This document shows, in pieces, positions 28,101 through 38,627 of a DNA stretch of 64,000 nt. Every line of letters starts with the position of its first letter. Positions within the stretch are counted from its first letter, which is position 1. The DNA comes from an uncultured Candidatus Poseidoniales archaeon. Lineage in GTDB: Archaea; Thermoplasmatota; Poseidoniia; Poseidoniales; Thalassarchaeaceae. The translations under genes were made by a program, and so were the position numbers. Under the pieces are notes generated by a model. The model searched no databases and was not told the DNA's origin. It was given only the letters and a program-made list of their open reading frames with translations. Where the stretch lies: positions 50-64,049 of the forward strand of contig CAXGWC010000003.1 of assembly GCA_964013425.1 (NCBI GenBank). The letters run 5' to 3'.

Positions 28101-30806
28101 GGGGACAATCTTTCAATGAATGTTTCCAACGGAGGTGGGTCGGGTTATCTGTCTCTGAATCTTCCAAGTAATGCGCCCCCTGCATTTCACTATTTCGAAG
28201 ATTCTAGTGAAGAGTCAATATCTCATTCTCTCAGGTTATCAATAGAGATTCTTCAAATTTTTAGATCTTCGATGGTAGTCTCATCGCCCAGTGAGCAGCC
28301 TGTCCTTGTAGAGGTGGAAGATGAGTCCTTGGTTGTATTAAGGTTAGAAAATTCAGGAAATGGAGATGATTCATTCAATCTGGGTTATTCGCTAATACTA
28401 AATGATAATATCACGGAGGATCCTGGAGTTGATGTCTCCTTTTCTAGAGATTTGGTTTCTCTTTCGGCAGGTAGCCTCACCACCGTTCCAGTAACCGTAC
28501 TTCTCCCTGAAAATACCCCTGCCAGAGTCCCTATGAAGATTTCATTCTCTATGCAATCAGTGGGAGATTCTACTATTCTATCTACTGTCGAGATAGTATT
28601 TGAGGCCAGGCAGGACCATCAGTGGAATGTCTATCCATTCCTTTCTAGCGAGTCGGGAAATATAGATGCTGATGGGAAAACATTTCAAGCGGATCCTGGA
28701 GAGTCTGTCTCATTGGATGTTCAAGTGACAAACGTCGGAAATCTAGTGGATGATCTAACTCTTCAAACATCCGTTATTACCTCCCTTCAGAGTGGAGATT
28801 CATCAACGGATTGGATTTCCAGTGGGAGTGCTATTTCTAATTTGGGAGTAAACGAAACAGAGGTGATTTCCGTCGATACTTTCATTCCTCTTGATGCATG
28901 GAGCGGATCATCAGCGGAGGTAACTGTTACCGCCATAGCACAAGGTCAAGAGATTACATCATTCTCGTTCTCTGTAGTGTCGGGACATGTTCCTTCCTGG
29001 AATGCGTTAGTTGATCAGGCGAACCTGGAAGTCGCAACCCACGGATCTGAAATCACACTATCTGTATTACAGACGGGGAATTCTCCTAGTCGTCCCTATA
29101 TCTCGATGTTTATCTCGGGTGAGCAAGGATGGGAAATTAGTAATGTATCAGAAATGCCAATCATAAACCCGGGGGAGAGTGCCCCCCTGTCTCTCAATAT
29201 TACTCCTCCGGGGGATGCTATACACGGAAGGGCAGTTGAGTTGACCATAAGAATCAAGGAAGGAGATTCCAGTGGACTATCAGAGATAGTATTCCCATTG
29301 AGAGTTGCAGTGACGTATGATTTCTCTTTGTCTGGACAGGGAAATTGGGTAGTTAGTCAAAATGGCGGGTATCCTCTAGCATTTATTGAAAATCGAGGTA
29401 ATGCTCCAACAACAATTTCACTCGATGTTCTTAGCCTACCGCCAGGTTGGCAAGTTTCAGGTCCCACCCAGGTGGTGATTGGCGTAGGGGAAATTACTGG
29501 AGTCCCATTGGAAGTCGTCCCCTCTTCAGATTGGGATGGTTCAACAAAAACTATCAGAATAGATGCTCAGGATGAAGCTGGTAATCTAGACAGTATTCTT
29601 TTAGACACTCAATATGAGGATTATTCATGGTCATCGAGTCCGGTAATCATAACTACTTCAGGCGATAGCTATATCCTGGAAATCCATCGTACAAATTCAG
29701 ATAGTTTAGTGGTTGATTCTGCCAACGGTCCACTCACGTGGAGGGATGCAGGTGGATGGCTATGGGACTCTTATTCCAGAGGAAACGGAAGTCTGAGTGT
29801 TAATTCATCTACAATACTTGAGTATAGATCATGGGTATCAGAACCATCCCTAAGACAGGGAAGTTGCTCAATAGGTGGGGATGTAGATGCCATTGAAGCT
29901 AGTTGTACAATAATGAATGGTAGTGAAAAATTTGGTTACACAGTTATCCTATCGGATGACAGGGGCAATATGCTAGATTCAATTTCAGGATTACTAGAGC
30001 AAGGGGAGTCATCGGGGATGATTAACCTAAGTGCTAATGGATGGGAACCTACGCCAGGTAGGAGTGAGCTAACTATTAGGGCTATTGATTCGAGAGGAAT
30101 CGAGTTTTCATCTGATAGCAATACATTCGAGGTTAGAAGGACCGATTGGAATATCGGATTGGTAGGCTTGGAGATAATCGGAACAGGTCAAGAACAAGAA
30201 GTATTCATTCTCACAAAGAGAGATAATCATCAGATTTTAGATGGTTCAATATGTTTAATCACCATTCTTGCGGGTAACGCATTCTCTGCAGAATACCTAG
30301 TCGATATGTCTGAATCTAGTGCCTTAGCACCCAGACCAGCCATAGATAGGCCTAATGTCGCTGACGGGGTAGAGTTAGTGGCTACAATAAGTTGCGAGTT
30401 CCCTTGGGATATTGATTCCGACCCTTCAGACAATGAAGCTAGAATTATACTATCTGGCTCGGGAGAATCTGAAGGAGGTTTCAGTGACTCGAGCACTGCA
30501 ATAGCATCGGCCAGCTTGGTAATTGGAATTTCTATTGCTTTCGCATGGATGGCTAGAAACTTCCGAGAGAGCAAGGAAATGATGGAGAGAACTAGGCTAG
30601 CAGTAGAGAAGAAGGCATTAGAGAAGAAGGCAAATATGGCTAAGGAAATGGATTCTCCAAGTCAAAAAGTGGTACAAGAAGAGGGTGTAGTCGATAATCT
30701 TGGAGATATCACAGAAGTTCCCACTGAAGAGATACCCGATCAAGTAGATGATAACTCGATGGATAGCTTCGAGGAGCGTCTTAATCGACTAAGATCAGAT
30801 AAGTAG
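25110..30806 (+). CDS. Giant integrin-like surface protein (1,898 aa): signal/anchor, FG-GAP-type beta-propeller repeats, CARDB domain, array of NEW3/CARDB-like Ig modules, TM helix, charged cytoplasmic tail
   Basis: Six FG-GAP-like repeats: SPMIVDIDGSAGPEILVV, PLLADLDLDGDAELVISA, IVANLDQDSSPEIIVT, LPIDTDGDGDHD, IWMDIEGTAEPELLVA, SLADIDGDNTLDVIIGA. The CARDB-like segment runs NPGQSVQISAFIENSGTGN...GDHEFTLEIDPF...TDNDV. Repeated 'NPG(D/E)S...GW' modules follow. The C-terminal TM is AIASASLVIGISIAFAWMA, then a K/E-rich tail. The start is GTG 25110 or ATG 25137 (MTSLARADGRCNRRRALIISALMSLVVF). Confidence 0.85.
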   Translation: MLQIPSANLMTSLARADGRCNRRRALIISALMSLVVFYPLALEKVVETGIPEDSSNFATSMSDPWEDGDQPWPQPGRTPGRMSASPVHDPMGSVNSLSSITDPVINWEYGNYDIGTDSLGTPIGDFSDSLQVDSESHERCGGSSLYTVVVQTDTSSGDSYLRIIEGEDSDLAWEVNLGQTETVKASPMIVDIDGSAGPEILVVYDLAVGSDVTLRVDAWSPRLVCDVTGWSPSGSHDSQLLWHWEEPNLMISSEDGPYTGSIWGGHKPTSQPLLADLDLDGDAELVISAIRESDNSPKVVAINLPSSGSPTKIWDKSLRYGSHGSDPVFVQTDDDTAYVMLTTTESTNGAMWLWKLDSSSGDPSWDGKSLGNLDGDSNVPHIRLPGPIVANLDQDSSPEIIVTIPTDSDSSGNLDGAEFRGLEVANGSEIWSYTSPNGYADSPPLPIDTDGDGDHDRMCWVTWWQTTTARHGITGCVDDTDTSSPNEAWYRDLEQSSGTPNDEIAVSQPIWMDIEGTAEPELLVAYGRSLWGFDGSEGTGSAIGTEWSNDLELNQRTWSSPSLADIDGDNTLDVIIGATVVSLERTDIRPLLDGRGIEFDPTSPNPGQSVQISAFIENSGTGNPDSDVDAVLYADGIEIGRERFSSMQPVSPSGTGSFESFSVEWSGPLGDHEFTLEIDPFSNLTQTRTDNDVYSKTLSIIPTYNVTFEISSEPLRVNPGDSAETSPIVRSTGRLSGTWSLEIDGSQLPQGWTWEDVTPGGSSSVQIATGESWSPLIEIVAPSTALGSDSGFLGLTMSLDSDSNISVSSILPIEANRTRGLSIRGPEGASYSSGYGLIGDSARAWIVVENIGNAVENQISLDWGNTLWGSDLRLIDSDGNERFALVLDPGERLVLEANLDVPFVDENQQIVLIGDQVETALTLCVDGDDGCQTVDLAFIASGVVSRSHIRSVPSNGLEWIIEADAPVGEDILSWSLSSAGMAKTGWSWTASGDLRINGDNLSMNVSNGGGSGYLSLNLPSNAPPAFHYFEDSSEESISHSLRLSIEILQIFRSSMVVSSPSEQPVLVEVEDESLVVLRLENSGNGDDSFNLGYSLILNDNITEDPGVDVSFSRDLVSLSAGSLTTVPVTVLLPENTPARVPMKISFSMQSVGDSTILSTVEIVFEARQDHQWNVYPFLSSESGNIDADGKTFQADPGESVSLDVQVTNVGNLVDDLTLQTSVITSLQSGDSSTDWISSGSAISNLGVNETEVISVDTFIPLDAWSGSSAEVTVTAIAQGQEITSFSFSVVSGHVPSWNALVDQANLEVATHGSEITLSVLQTGNSPSRPYISMFISGEQGWEISNVSEMPIINPGESAPLSLNITPPGDAIHGRAVELTIRIKEGDSSGLSEIVFPLRVAVTYDFSLSGQGNWVVSQNGGYPLAFIENRGNAPTTISLDVLSLPPGWQVSGPTQVVIGVGEITGVPLEVVPSSDWDGSTKTIRIDAQDEAGNLDSILLDTQYEDYSWSSSPVIITTSGDSYILEIHRTNSDSLVVDSANGPLTWRDAGGWLWDSYSRGNGSLSVNSSTILEYRSWVSEPSLRQGSCSIGGDVDAIEASCTIMNGSEKFGYTVILSDDRGNMLDSISGLLEQGESSGMINLSANGWEPTPGRSELTIRAIDSRGIEFSSDSNTFEVRRTDWNIGLVGLEIIGTGQEQEVFILTKRDNHQILDGSICLITILAGNAFSAEYLVDMSESSALAPRPAIDRPNVADGVELVATISCEFPWDIDSDPSDNEARIILSGSGESEGGFSDSSTAIASASLVIGISIAFAWMARNFRESKEMMERTRLAVEKKALEKKANMAKEMDSPSQKVVQEEGVVDNLGDITEVPTEEIPDQVDDNSMDSFEERLNRLRSDK

Positions 30807-30816
30807 TGGTGAATGT

Positions 30817-31443
30817 ATGAGTATGAATTCAAATCTACCATACTTCCACACATTTGATCCCATAGCTAGTGATCCTCTGGACATTATCCCAGCAGTGCTT
30901 TCTTCCATGGGCGGAGATCACGGAGAATTGAAGGAAAAGAGTCCATTTTCAATTGATATTAAGAACCTAAAGGAAGGTATTGAGCCTACTTTTGACCCTG
31001 CTACAATGTTGTATATTTCCATTGGAGAATTAGATTCAGAGGGAAGAAGGACTGAGCCGATAGACTCCAGTTCTGGTAAGGAAAGGCTGGGGCGATTTCC
31101 ATACGGGGATGGAAATATCATAACATACCTCCTAGAAAATACCAAGCAGAAAGGAGATATGACGGTACTTCATGATCTCCTAGCGAAACTTTCTGACGGA
31201 TTATCTGAAGATAATCTTGGAGAAATAGGATTTAGACATGGTTTTGGAGGATTAACACTACTTGGGTGGCTGAATAACGAAGAAGTATCGGAGTTGAGTA
31301 GCGCTATTCGGTCTGGACGTTGGAAGGTTCTGTCTGAAGAACCACTAGATGGAGGGGTTGATTATGCTTTCAGACTCTTGCTTGCAATGCTAAGGACGGC
31401 ACAAAGAAGAAGATGTGGAGTTCTTATGAGAAGACACTCTTAG
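30817..31443 (+). CDS. Hypothetical cytoplasmic protein (208 aa), translationally coupled to the 1,898-aa gene
   Basis: ATG lies 10 nt after the giant's TAG, preceded by GTGGTGA (SD-like, 30806-30812). No TM segment or known motif. Confidence 0.55.
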   Translation: MSMNSNLPYFHTFDPIASDPLDIIPAVLSSMGGDHGELKEKSPFSIDIKNLKEGIEPTFDPATMLYISIGELDSEGRRTEPIDSSSGKERLGRFPYGDGNIITYLLENTKQKGDMTVLHDLLAKLSDGLSEDNLGEIGFRHGFGGLTLLGWLNNEEVSELSSAIRSGRWKVLSEEPLDGGVDYAFRLLLAMLRTAQRRRCGVLMRRHS

Positions 31444-32400
31444 CTAGAATTTTTCACCGGTCAGGCGTTCAAACATTCCTGCATATAGGTCTGCGGTTTG
31501 TTTGATGATTTTACTTGGAAGAGCTGGAATGGGTGGTTCTTCCGAACCTATCTCTCTAGCTTGATAGAGCTCTTCATAGTGGCCGGTTGAGAGATAATGC
31601 TCCCTGACAAACTCCTTGGATAGAGATACGATATTTCCATTCTCATAATCATCAGCTGCCCACCACCTATCTTCGTCCAGAGTCCCGAATGAGTCAACAA
31701 GAACGGGTACGCGACCAGGTCCAAGTGCGAATTCTTTTTTTCCATCGACATGTATCAAGCCCCTTTTGGATGCTTCACTATGAATAATTTCATCTATTTT
31801 AACAACGATATCAAGGATGGTGTCGAACTCCTCATCACTTAAATTAGAAATCTCCAAGGCTTCTTTACGATCCAGTAACCTGTCGAATTTCTCAAATTTA
31901 GTAGAGACTTCTAGATACGGGGATGGTAATTTAATACCTTCATGTAATACAGTTCCTGGATCGAATCCAAATTCCTCGGGGCCGACGTCTCCTCTGTCAT
32001 ACCTTCTCCATCCTCCTCCCGCTAAGTAGTGTCTGCATATGACCTCAAGAGGAACGAAAACATTCTCCATATCGCGGGGAATCGCGCCGGGCTCTCTGAT
32101 TACTTCGAATCGACGCGCTAGAACTCTATCTGGTGCATTCATTTCGATAATGTGGGTATCACATATTCCGGCTTCTTCAACAAGTTTGAACCAATGGCAC
32201 GAAGTCCTGTTTAGGCTTTCTCCCTTTCTGGGGACCAAGCTTGGTATGATCTGATCGAAGACACTAATCTGATCGGTATACCTAAATTCTATGATATCTG
32301 GATCATCCGTACTCCATACTTCCTTTACTTTGCCCTTGTACAGCATGCCTACCATGGCATAAGGAGGGGAGAGATGATGATGAACATTACTGAAGGACAT
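31444..32400 (-). CDS. purC: Phosphoribosylaminoimidazole-succinocarboxamide (SAICAR) synthase
   Basis: Motifs: LYKGKVKEVWSTDD...FRYTDQISVFD, LEVICRHYLAGG, LVDSFGTLDEDRWW. The conserved N-terminus suggests the real start is ATG 32355 or 32346. Confidence 0.8.
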   Translation of the reverse strand: MSFSNVHHHLSPPYAMVGMLYKGKVKEVWSTDDPDIIEFRYTDQISVFDQIIPSLVPRKGESLNRTSCHWFKLVEEAGICDTHIIEMNAPDRVLARRFEVIREPGAIPRDMENVFVPLEVICRHYLAGGGWRRYDRGDVGPEEFGFDPGTVLHEGIKLPSPYLEVSTKFEKFDRLLDRKEALEISNLSDEEFDTILDIVVKIDEIIHSEASKRGLIHVDGKKEFALGPGRVPVLVDSFGTLDEDRWWAADDYENGNIVSLSKEFVREHYLSTGHYEELYQAREIGSEEPPIPALPSKIIKQTADLYAGMFERLTGEKF

Positions 32401-32461
32401 TCAGATTTTCGAGTACCGCCGGGACTATATCCGAGGAACCTCGCCACAAGAGAGCGAGCGG

Positions 32462-34600
32462 ATGTTTGAAACAATGAATTCTGAGAGGCGGAGAAGGTAT
32501 CCTTTGGCATTTCCAAGCTTTTTTCCGATTTTATTGATGTCATTACTAGTAGTTTCCATCCCAGCTAATGCACAGGAGTATAGAAGCGGCTGGGACATTA
32601 TTGAAAGTGGCACCTTAGAAGACCTCTATTCAGTAGAGTCTCAAGGAAATGAGATTTGGGCATTTGGAGAAAATGGGATTATGATAATTAGTTTAGATGG
32701 GGGTCTAACTTGGGAGGTTAGCGAATCCCTAACCTCATCTGATTTGACAATATCTAGCTCTGGCTATGGATCATTTCTAGCAGCTAGTAGTGACGGTACA
32801 ATTTTACTTAAGTCAAACAATGATTCAGAATGGTCGGACATCACATTTGACTTCGGAGATGAGTTGATTCATGGAGCATGTCTTACTGATGTGTCTGAAT
32901 TGGTAATAGTCGGTGGAAATGGGACCATCTGGACCTATAAGATGCAGGAGTGGACCAATCGTTCAGTTTCAGGATGGGATTTGTTAGACGTATCTTTCTT
33001 GGATTCTGAAAGAGGAATCGCTGTCGGGGAACATGGGACAATTCTATTCTCAGGTGATAGTGGAGAATCCTGGGATTACAGAGATGCACCTACAGAGGCT
33101 TCATCTTCAAAGATTACTGATGTAGAGTTCTTCAGTGAAATAAGAGCATATGCAATTACAGATGATGGAGGAGTCATCAAGTCTTCTAGAGAAATTAACA
33201 CTGCAGTGGGTTTTCTCTGGAATATGCAGTATTTTGAATCTGAGGGTAACTCTGCCAACCTCGGAGAAAATCTAACATCGATTGAGATAGCAACGACAAA
33301 TAAATTTCTTCTTTCTGGCAAACAGGGATACCTCTCTATGAGTAAAGACGGAGGGAATATAGTCACCAAACAGATCACACCCCTCGATAATTCGACATCA
33401 TTCAATGACATTACAATGATGGATAGCTTCAACGGTGTAGCAGTTGGCAGTAATGGCTCCTTACTTCTAACGGAGAGGTCTGGAGAGGACGAGCAGATTG
33501 GTTTTGAGGTTATGGACTTCTCGGAATTCGGAAACTTTGTAGACTATTCCAAGGGGATGTTGATAGATGGTTTGTACGCTACAATTAACATAGTAATGTT
33601 CGGAATTTTCCTTGGATTCTTCTTAGGGGTATCTCTCTCAATGATGAAGACATCACCCACTACTTTGAAAGAAATTTCTCAGAGGAGAAGCCTAACAGTT
33701 GTTAGAATCGCTGGAGTCATCTTTACGGTTATTGGAGTCTCCCTCCTGAGACACTTAGTTCCTACAATTAGAAACTTAGGATTGGATGGTTGGGAATATA
33801 TTTACGCTCCGATTGGAATCATTAATCCTGATGGAATAACGGGCGATCTGCAATTTGAAAACTTCCTATTTCTCATACTTGGAGTTAGTCTCTTACTATT
33901 AGGAATATTATTCGTTTCGGCTAATGGCGAGTATAAGAAATCTCATTTCAATATCGTAGGCAGGGATATTGTCTGGAATCCTTGGGGGGTCAGGCCTCTA
34001 AATTTCCTTGCAACGATCTATACAGACATCTTTAGGAATACCCCACTAATTGTTCAGTTTTTATTCATACATTTCGGAGTCCAGATAGGCGCCTTTATCG
34101 GAGACCCTGGTGCAGAGATGTTGGAGGATTCAAGTAATTTTATCCTTTCATTCTTGAGAGATGATATACTTTCAAACAGAGCCTGTGTTAGTGCTATTTT
34201 TGCGTTGGGACTGAACTCTGGAGCGTATCAATGTGAGACCATTCGAGGAGCTATTTCGGCTATACCATCGGGACAGATGGAAGCGGGAAGAAGCATAGGT
34301 CTGAATTATATGCAAACGATGAGACTTGTAATAATGCCTCAAGCAATTAGGATATGCATTCCTCCGATGGGCAACGAGATGGTAAATCTAGTACTAAACT
34401 CGTCACTCGCAATGGTTATTGGCTATTCAGAGCTTACCCGGAAGGCCAAGCTGATCAACGCAGTTACTTTCCAAGTGTTCTGGTCATATGGGATGGTCTT
34501 GATTTCATACTTTATTGTTACATGGACACTAGCATTATTCCTAAGATACCTCGAGAATAAGACGAGGATTCCTGGACTTGGAATATCCGGAGGGAGCTGA
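32462..34600 (+). CDS. Fusion protein: N-terminal extracytoplasmic BNR/Ycf48-like beta-propeller plus polar amino-acid ABC transporter permease (HisM/GlnP family)
   Basis: 712 aa. Signal/anchor: RRRRYPLAFPSFFPILLMSLLVVSIPANAQE. Residues about 40-340 carry repeated propeller blades: SLDGGLTWE, SSDGTILL, GGNGTIWT, SGDSGESW, TDDGGVIK, SKDGGN, GSNGSLLL. Residues about 365-712 carry PAAT permease motifs: FRNTPLIVQFLFIHFG and SGAYQCETIRGAISAIPSGQMEAGRSIGLNYMQTMRLVIMPQAIRICIPPMGNEMVNLVLNSSLAMVIGYSELT. Confidence 0.8.
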   Translation: MFETMNSERRRRYPLAFPSFFPILLMSLLVVSIPANAQEYRSGWDIIESGTLEDLYSVESQGNEIWAFGENGIMIISLDGGLTWEVSESLTSSDLTISSSGYGSFLAASSDGTILLKSNNDSEWSDITFDFGDELIHGACLTDVSELVIVGGNGTIWTYKMQEWTNRSVSGWDLLDVSFLDSERGIAVGEHGTILFSGDSGESWDYRDAPTEASSSKITDVEFFSEIRAYAITDDGGVIKSSREINTAVGFLWNMQYFESEGNSANLGENLTSIEIATTNKFLLSGKQGYLSMSKDGGNIVTKQITPLDNSTSFNDITMMDSFNGVAVGSNGSLLLTERSGEDEQIGFEVMDFSEFGNFVDYSKGMLIDGLYATINIVMFGIFLGFFLGVSLSMMKTSPTTLKEISQRRSLTVVRIAGVIFTVIGVSLLRHLVPTIRNLGLDGWEYIYAPIGIINPDGITGDLQFENFLFLILGVSLLLLGILFVSANGEYKKSHFNIVGRDIVWNPWGVRPLNFLATIYTDIFRNTPLIVQFLFIHFGVQIGAFIGDPGAEMLEDSSNFILSFLRDDILSNRACVSAIFALGLNSGAYQCETIRGAISAIPSGQMEAGRSIGLNYMQTMRLVIMPQAIRICIPPMGNEMVNLVLNSSLAMVIGYSELTRKAKLINAVTFQVFWSYGMVLISYFIVTWTLALFLRYLENKTRIPGLGISGGS

Positions 34601-36723
<2,123 letters not shown>

Positions 36724-36798
36724 TTAGGTACCAGCCGCTTTTGCGAGAAGCCTCGCCCTTTTGAATCATATCCCAACAGGACATGCATGAAATACCAA

Positions 36799-38115
36799 TT
36801 AAGAGAATAGGATATTCTCGGATACTTTTGAAACCTTATCCTCATATCCTGGCAGAGTCATAACATAGAACACGGCCTGACTAACCTGCCTGTTTCTGAG
36901 TGCCTCGGCGATTGGAGTGTGTTCCCTAAACCATCTAGTTCTCCCATCATCTCCAATAATTCTGATATCCACCTGAGACATCCTCGGCTCAGCGAGTAAG
37001 AGCTTGATATTTGGTACATCTATAGCAACATAACCTGACTCGAGTCCAGATCTCCTAGCGATCTCATCCTCAAATTCTATTCTCTTTTCGGAATTAGAAG
37101 CAAGTTCAGCTAGTAAATTGATATCTTCTTCAGTTAGATCTTGCCTTCTTCTGGATAAACATACTTTCAGGAGTTGTCTATACTTTAGTCTCCTAATCAT
37201 ATCTCTGGCGAAATCACCCGCCTCATGCAGTACTTGCCAAATCTCTGCGTCCACTCTCCTCTGGAGATCAAAAGATTCTGGGGTGTTTTCTTCACTTCGC
37301 TCTACTGCCCTCGAAAGCATTACCTCCGTAACTCTGGTGACCCGATGGAAATATACTGCACTGTACATCAAACCTCTGGCTACAAGCATTCCTTCTAGCG
37401 CTGGGAGACCTCCTTCTTCCACTGAGATATCACCTCCATGCCTTTCTAGGCACATTATTAGCCTTCTGTGATCTATTATTCCATGCTTTACACCAGTAAA
37501 GTGTGAATCTCTAAGAAGGTAGTCAATTTGATCGCAGTCTACAGGGCCATGAATCAAGTGAGCCATAGTCTTGTCATCTTGAACAAAATCTGTTTTCCCT
37601 TCAGACCAAGAAAGGAGGTTTCTCTCTGAGCCCTTGGCATCTGGGCCTCTGATTAGACCAGCAACCTCCTTAGGATCTATGCCGTGATTCTCAAGAATCT
37701 CGGGAACGCTTATTCTGTTCTGAATTGAAGAGTCTTCGCCATCCCTCAATACATCATAATCGCCAACAATTATTCCCTCTGTAATTGACATGTGGTCTAA
37801 ACCTCCTCTCTCGTGCAAGATATGCTCCAAAGTATGAGAATATGGCCCATGACCTACATCATGCAATAGGGCCGCAACGCTGACTGTATCAGTCTCATAA
37901 CTATCGAGTCCGAGAGACTCTGCCATCATACTAGAAACATGTGATACTCCGAGGGAGTGCTCAAAACGGGTATGGTGCGCTCCTGGGAATACCAAATGTG
38001 CCAGTCCTAGTTGTTTGATATGGCTTAGCTTATTCATCTCGGGGGTTTTGAGAAGCTCCTCTCTGACTCCGTCAATCCTAAACTGTCCATGGATGGCGTC
38101 ATTGATTGTTTTCAT
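36799..38115 (-). CDS. HD-domain phosphohydrolase (SAMHD1/dGTPase-like, COG1078-type)
   Basis: Motifs: TRFEHSLGVSH, AALLHDVGHGPYSH, DCDQIDYLLRDSHFTGV. The conserved family N-terminus MKTINDAIHG places the start at ATG 38115; the track ORF begins at ATG 38187. Confidence 0.75.
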   Translation of the reverse strand: MKTINDAIHGQFRIDGVREELLKTPEMNKLSHIKQLGLAHLVFPGAHHTRFEHSLGVSHVSSMMAESLGLDSYETDTVSVAALLHDVGHGPYSHTLEHILHERGGLDHMSITEGIIVGDYDVLRDGEDSSIQNRISVPEILENHGIDPKEVAGLIRGPDAKGSERNLLSWSEGKTDFVQDDKTMAHLIHGPVDCDQIDYLLRDSHFTGVKHGIIDHRRLIMCLERHGGDISVEEGGLPALEGMLVARGLMYSAVYFHRVTRVTEVMLSRAVERSEENTPESFDLQRRVDAEIWQVLHEAGDFARDMIRRLKYRQLLKVCLSRRRQDLTEEDINLLAELASNSEKRIEFEDEIARRSGLESGYVAIDVPNIKLLLAEPRMSQVDIRIIGDDGRTRWFREHTPIAEALRNRQVSQAVFYVMTLPGYEDKVSKVSENILFS

Positions 38116-38171
38116 TGCAAGCCCGGTATACGCGAGAGTGTGCCCCCCATTAATGGAACTGCTGAGAGATA

Positions 38172-38219
38172 ATACAATTAATTGCATTTCATTTGTATTT
38201 CATATGAGATACAATTAAT
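38172..38219. repeat. Two copies of ATACAATTAAT (38172-38182 and 38209-38219) in the divergent HD / RHH promoter region
   Basis: Exact 11-nt direct repeat, 37 nt centre-to-centre, each preceded by GAGA(T). Candidate TATA or operator elements upstream of the ribbon-helix-helix regulator gene. Confidence 0.4.
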
Positions 38220-38257
38220 ACCCCCCTCCCCTTTCGACGGACAAGAAGGTAGCCAGT

Positions 38258-38626
38258 ATGTCCGGTCATAGCCCAATGATTTCGATGAGAATACCTGAAG
38301 ATCATCTTCTGGAGCTAGATCAATTGGTTGGATTGGATGGAATGAGAAATCGATCTGATGTTATTCGAACTGCGATTAGAAAATACCTCTCTGATGAGCA
38401 TCTCATTAGTGGCGACAAGGTGGAAGTTAACCTAGGACCAGATCTAAGTTCTAGGATGGAGGATTTCTGCAAGTTGCATGGTGAAAAACCTGACTCGGTT
38501 TTGAGGCAGGCCGCCAGGGAACATATCAGGAATGTTACACTTGAAGATACAAAAGTTACAGATTTAATTTATTCTAGAATGAATGAACTTAGAGAAAGAA
38601 GCAATGATGATTCAAACGCTATATGA
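38258..38626 (+). CDS. Ribbon-helix-helix (CopG/NikR-N-like) DNA-binding protein
   Basis: ISMRIPEDHLLELDQLV...RNRSDVIRTAIRKYL fits the beta-alpha-alpha RHH pattern. A second helix pair (PDSVLRQAAREHI) follows. Confidence 0.65.
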   Translation: MSGHSPMISMRIPEDHLLELDQLVGLDGMRNRSDVIRTAIRKYLSDEHLISGDKVEVNLGPDLSSRMEDFCKLHGEKPDSVLRQAAREHIRNVTLEDTKVTDLIYSRMNELRERSNDDSNAI

Positions 38627-38627
38627 G

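Noticed and set aside
32462-32580. Twin-arginine (Tat) signal on the propeller-permease fusion (SERRRRYPLAF)
   Set aside because: It has four consecutive Arg but lacks the S/T-R-R-x-F-L-K spacing. For a polytopic permease, a Sec/YidC-type signal-anchor is more plausible, and this cannot be decided from sequence alone.
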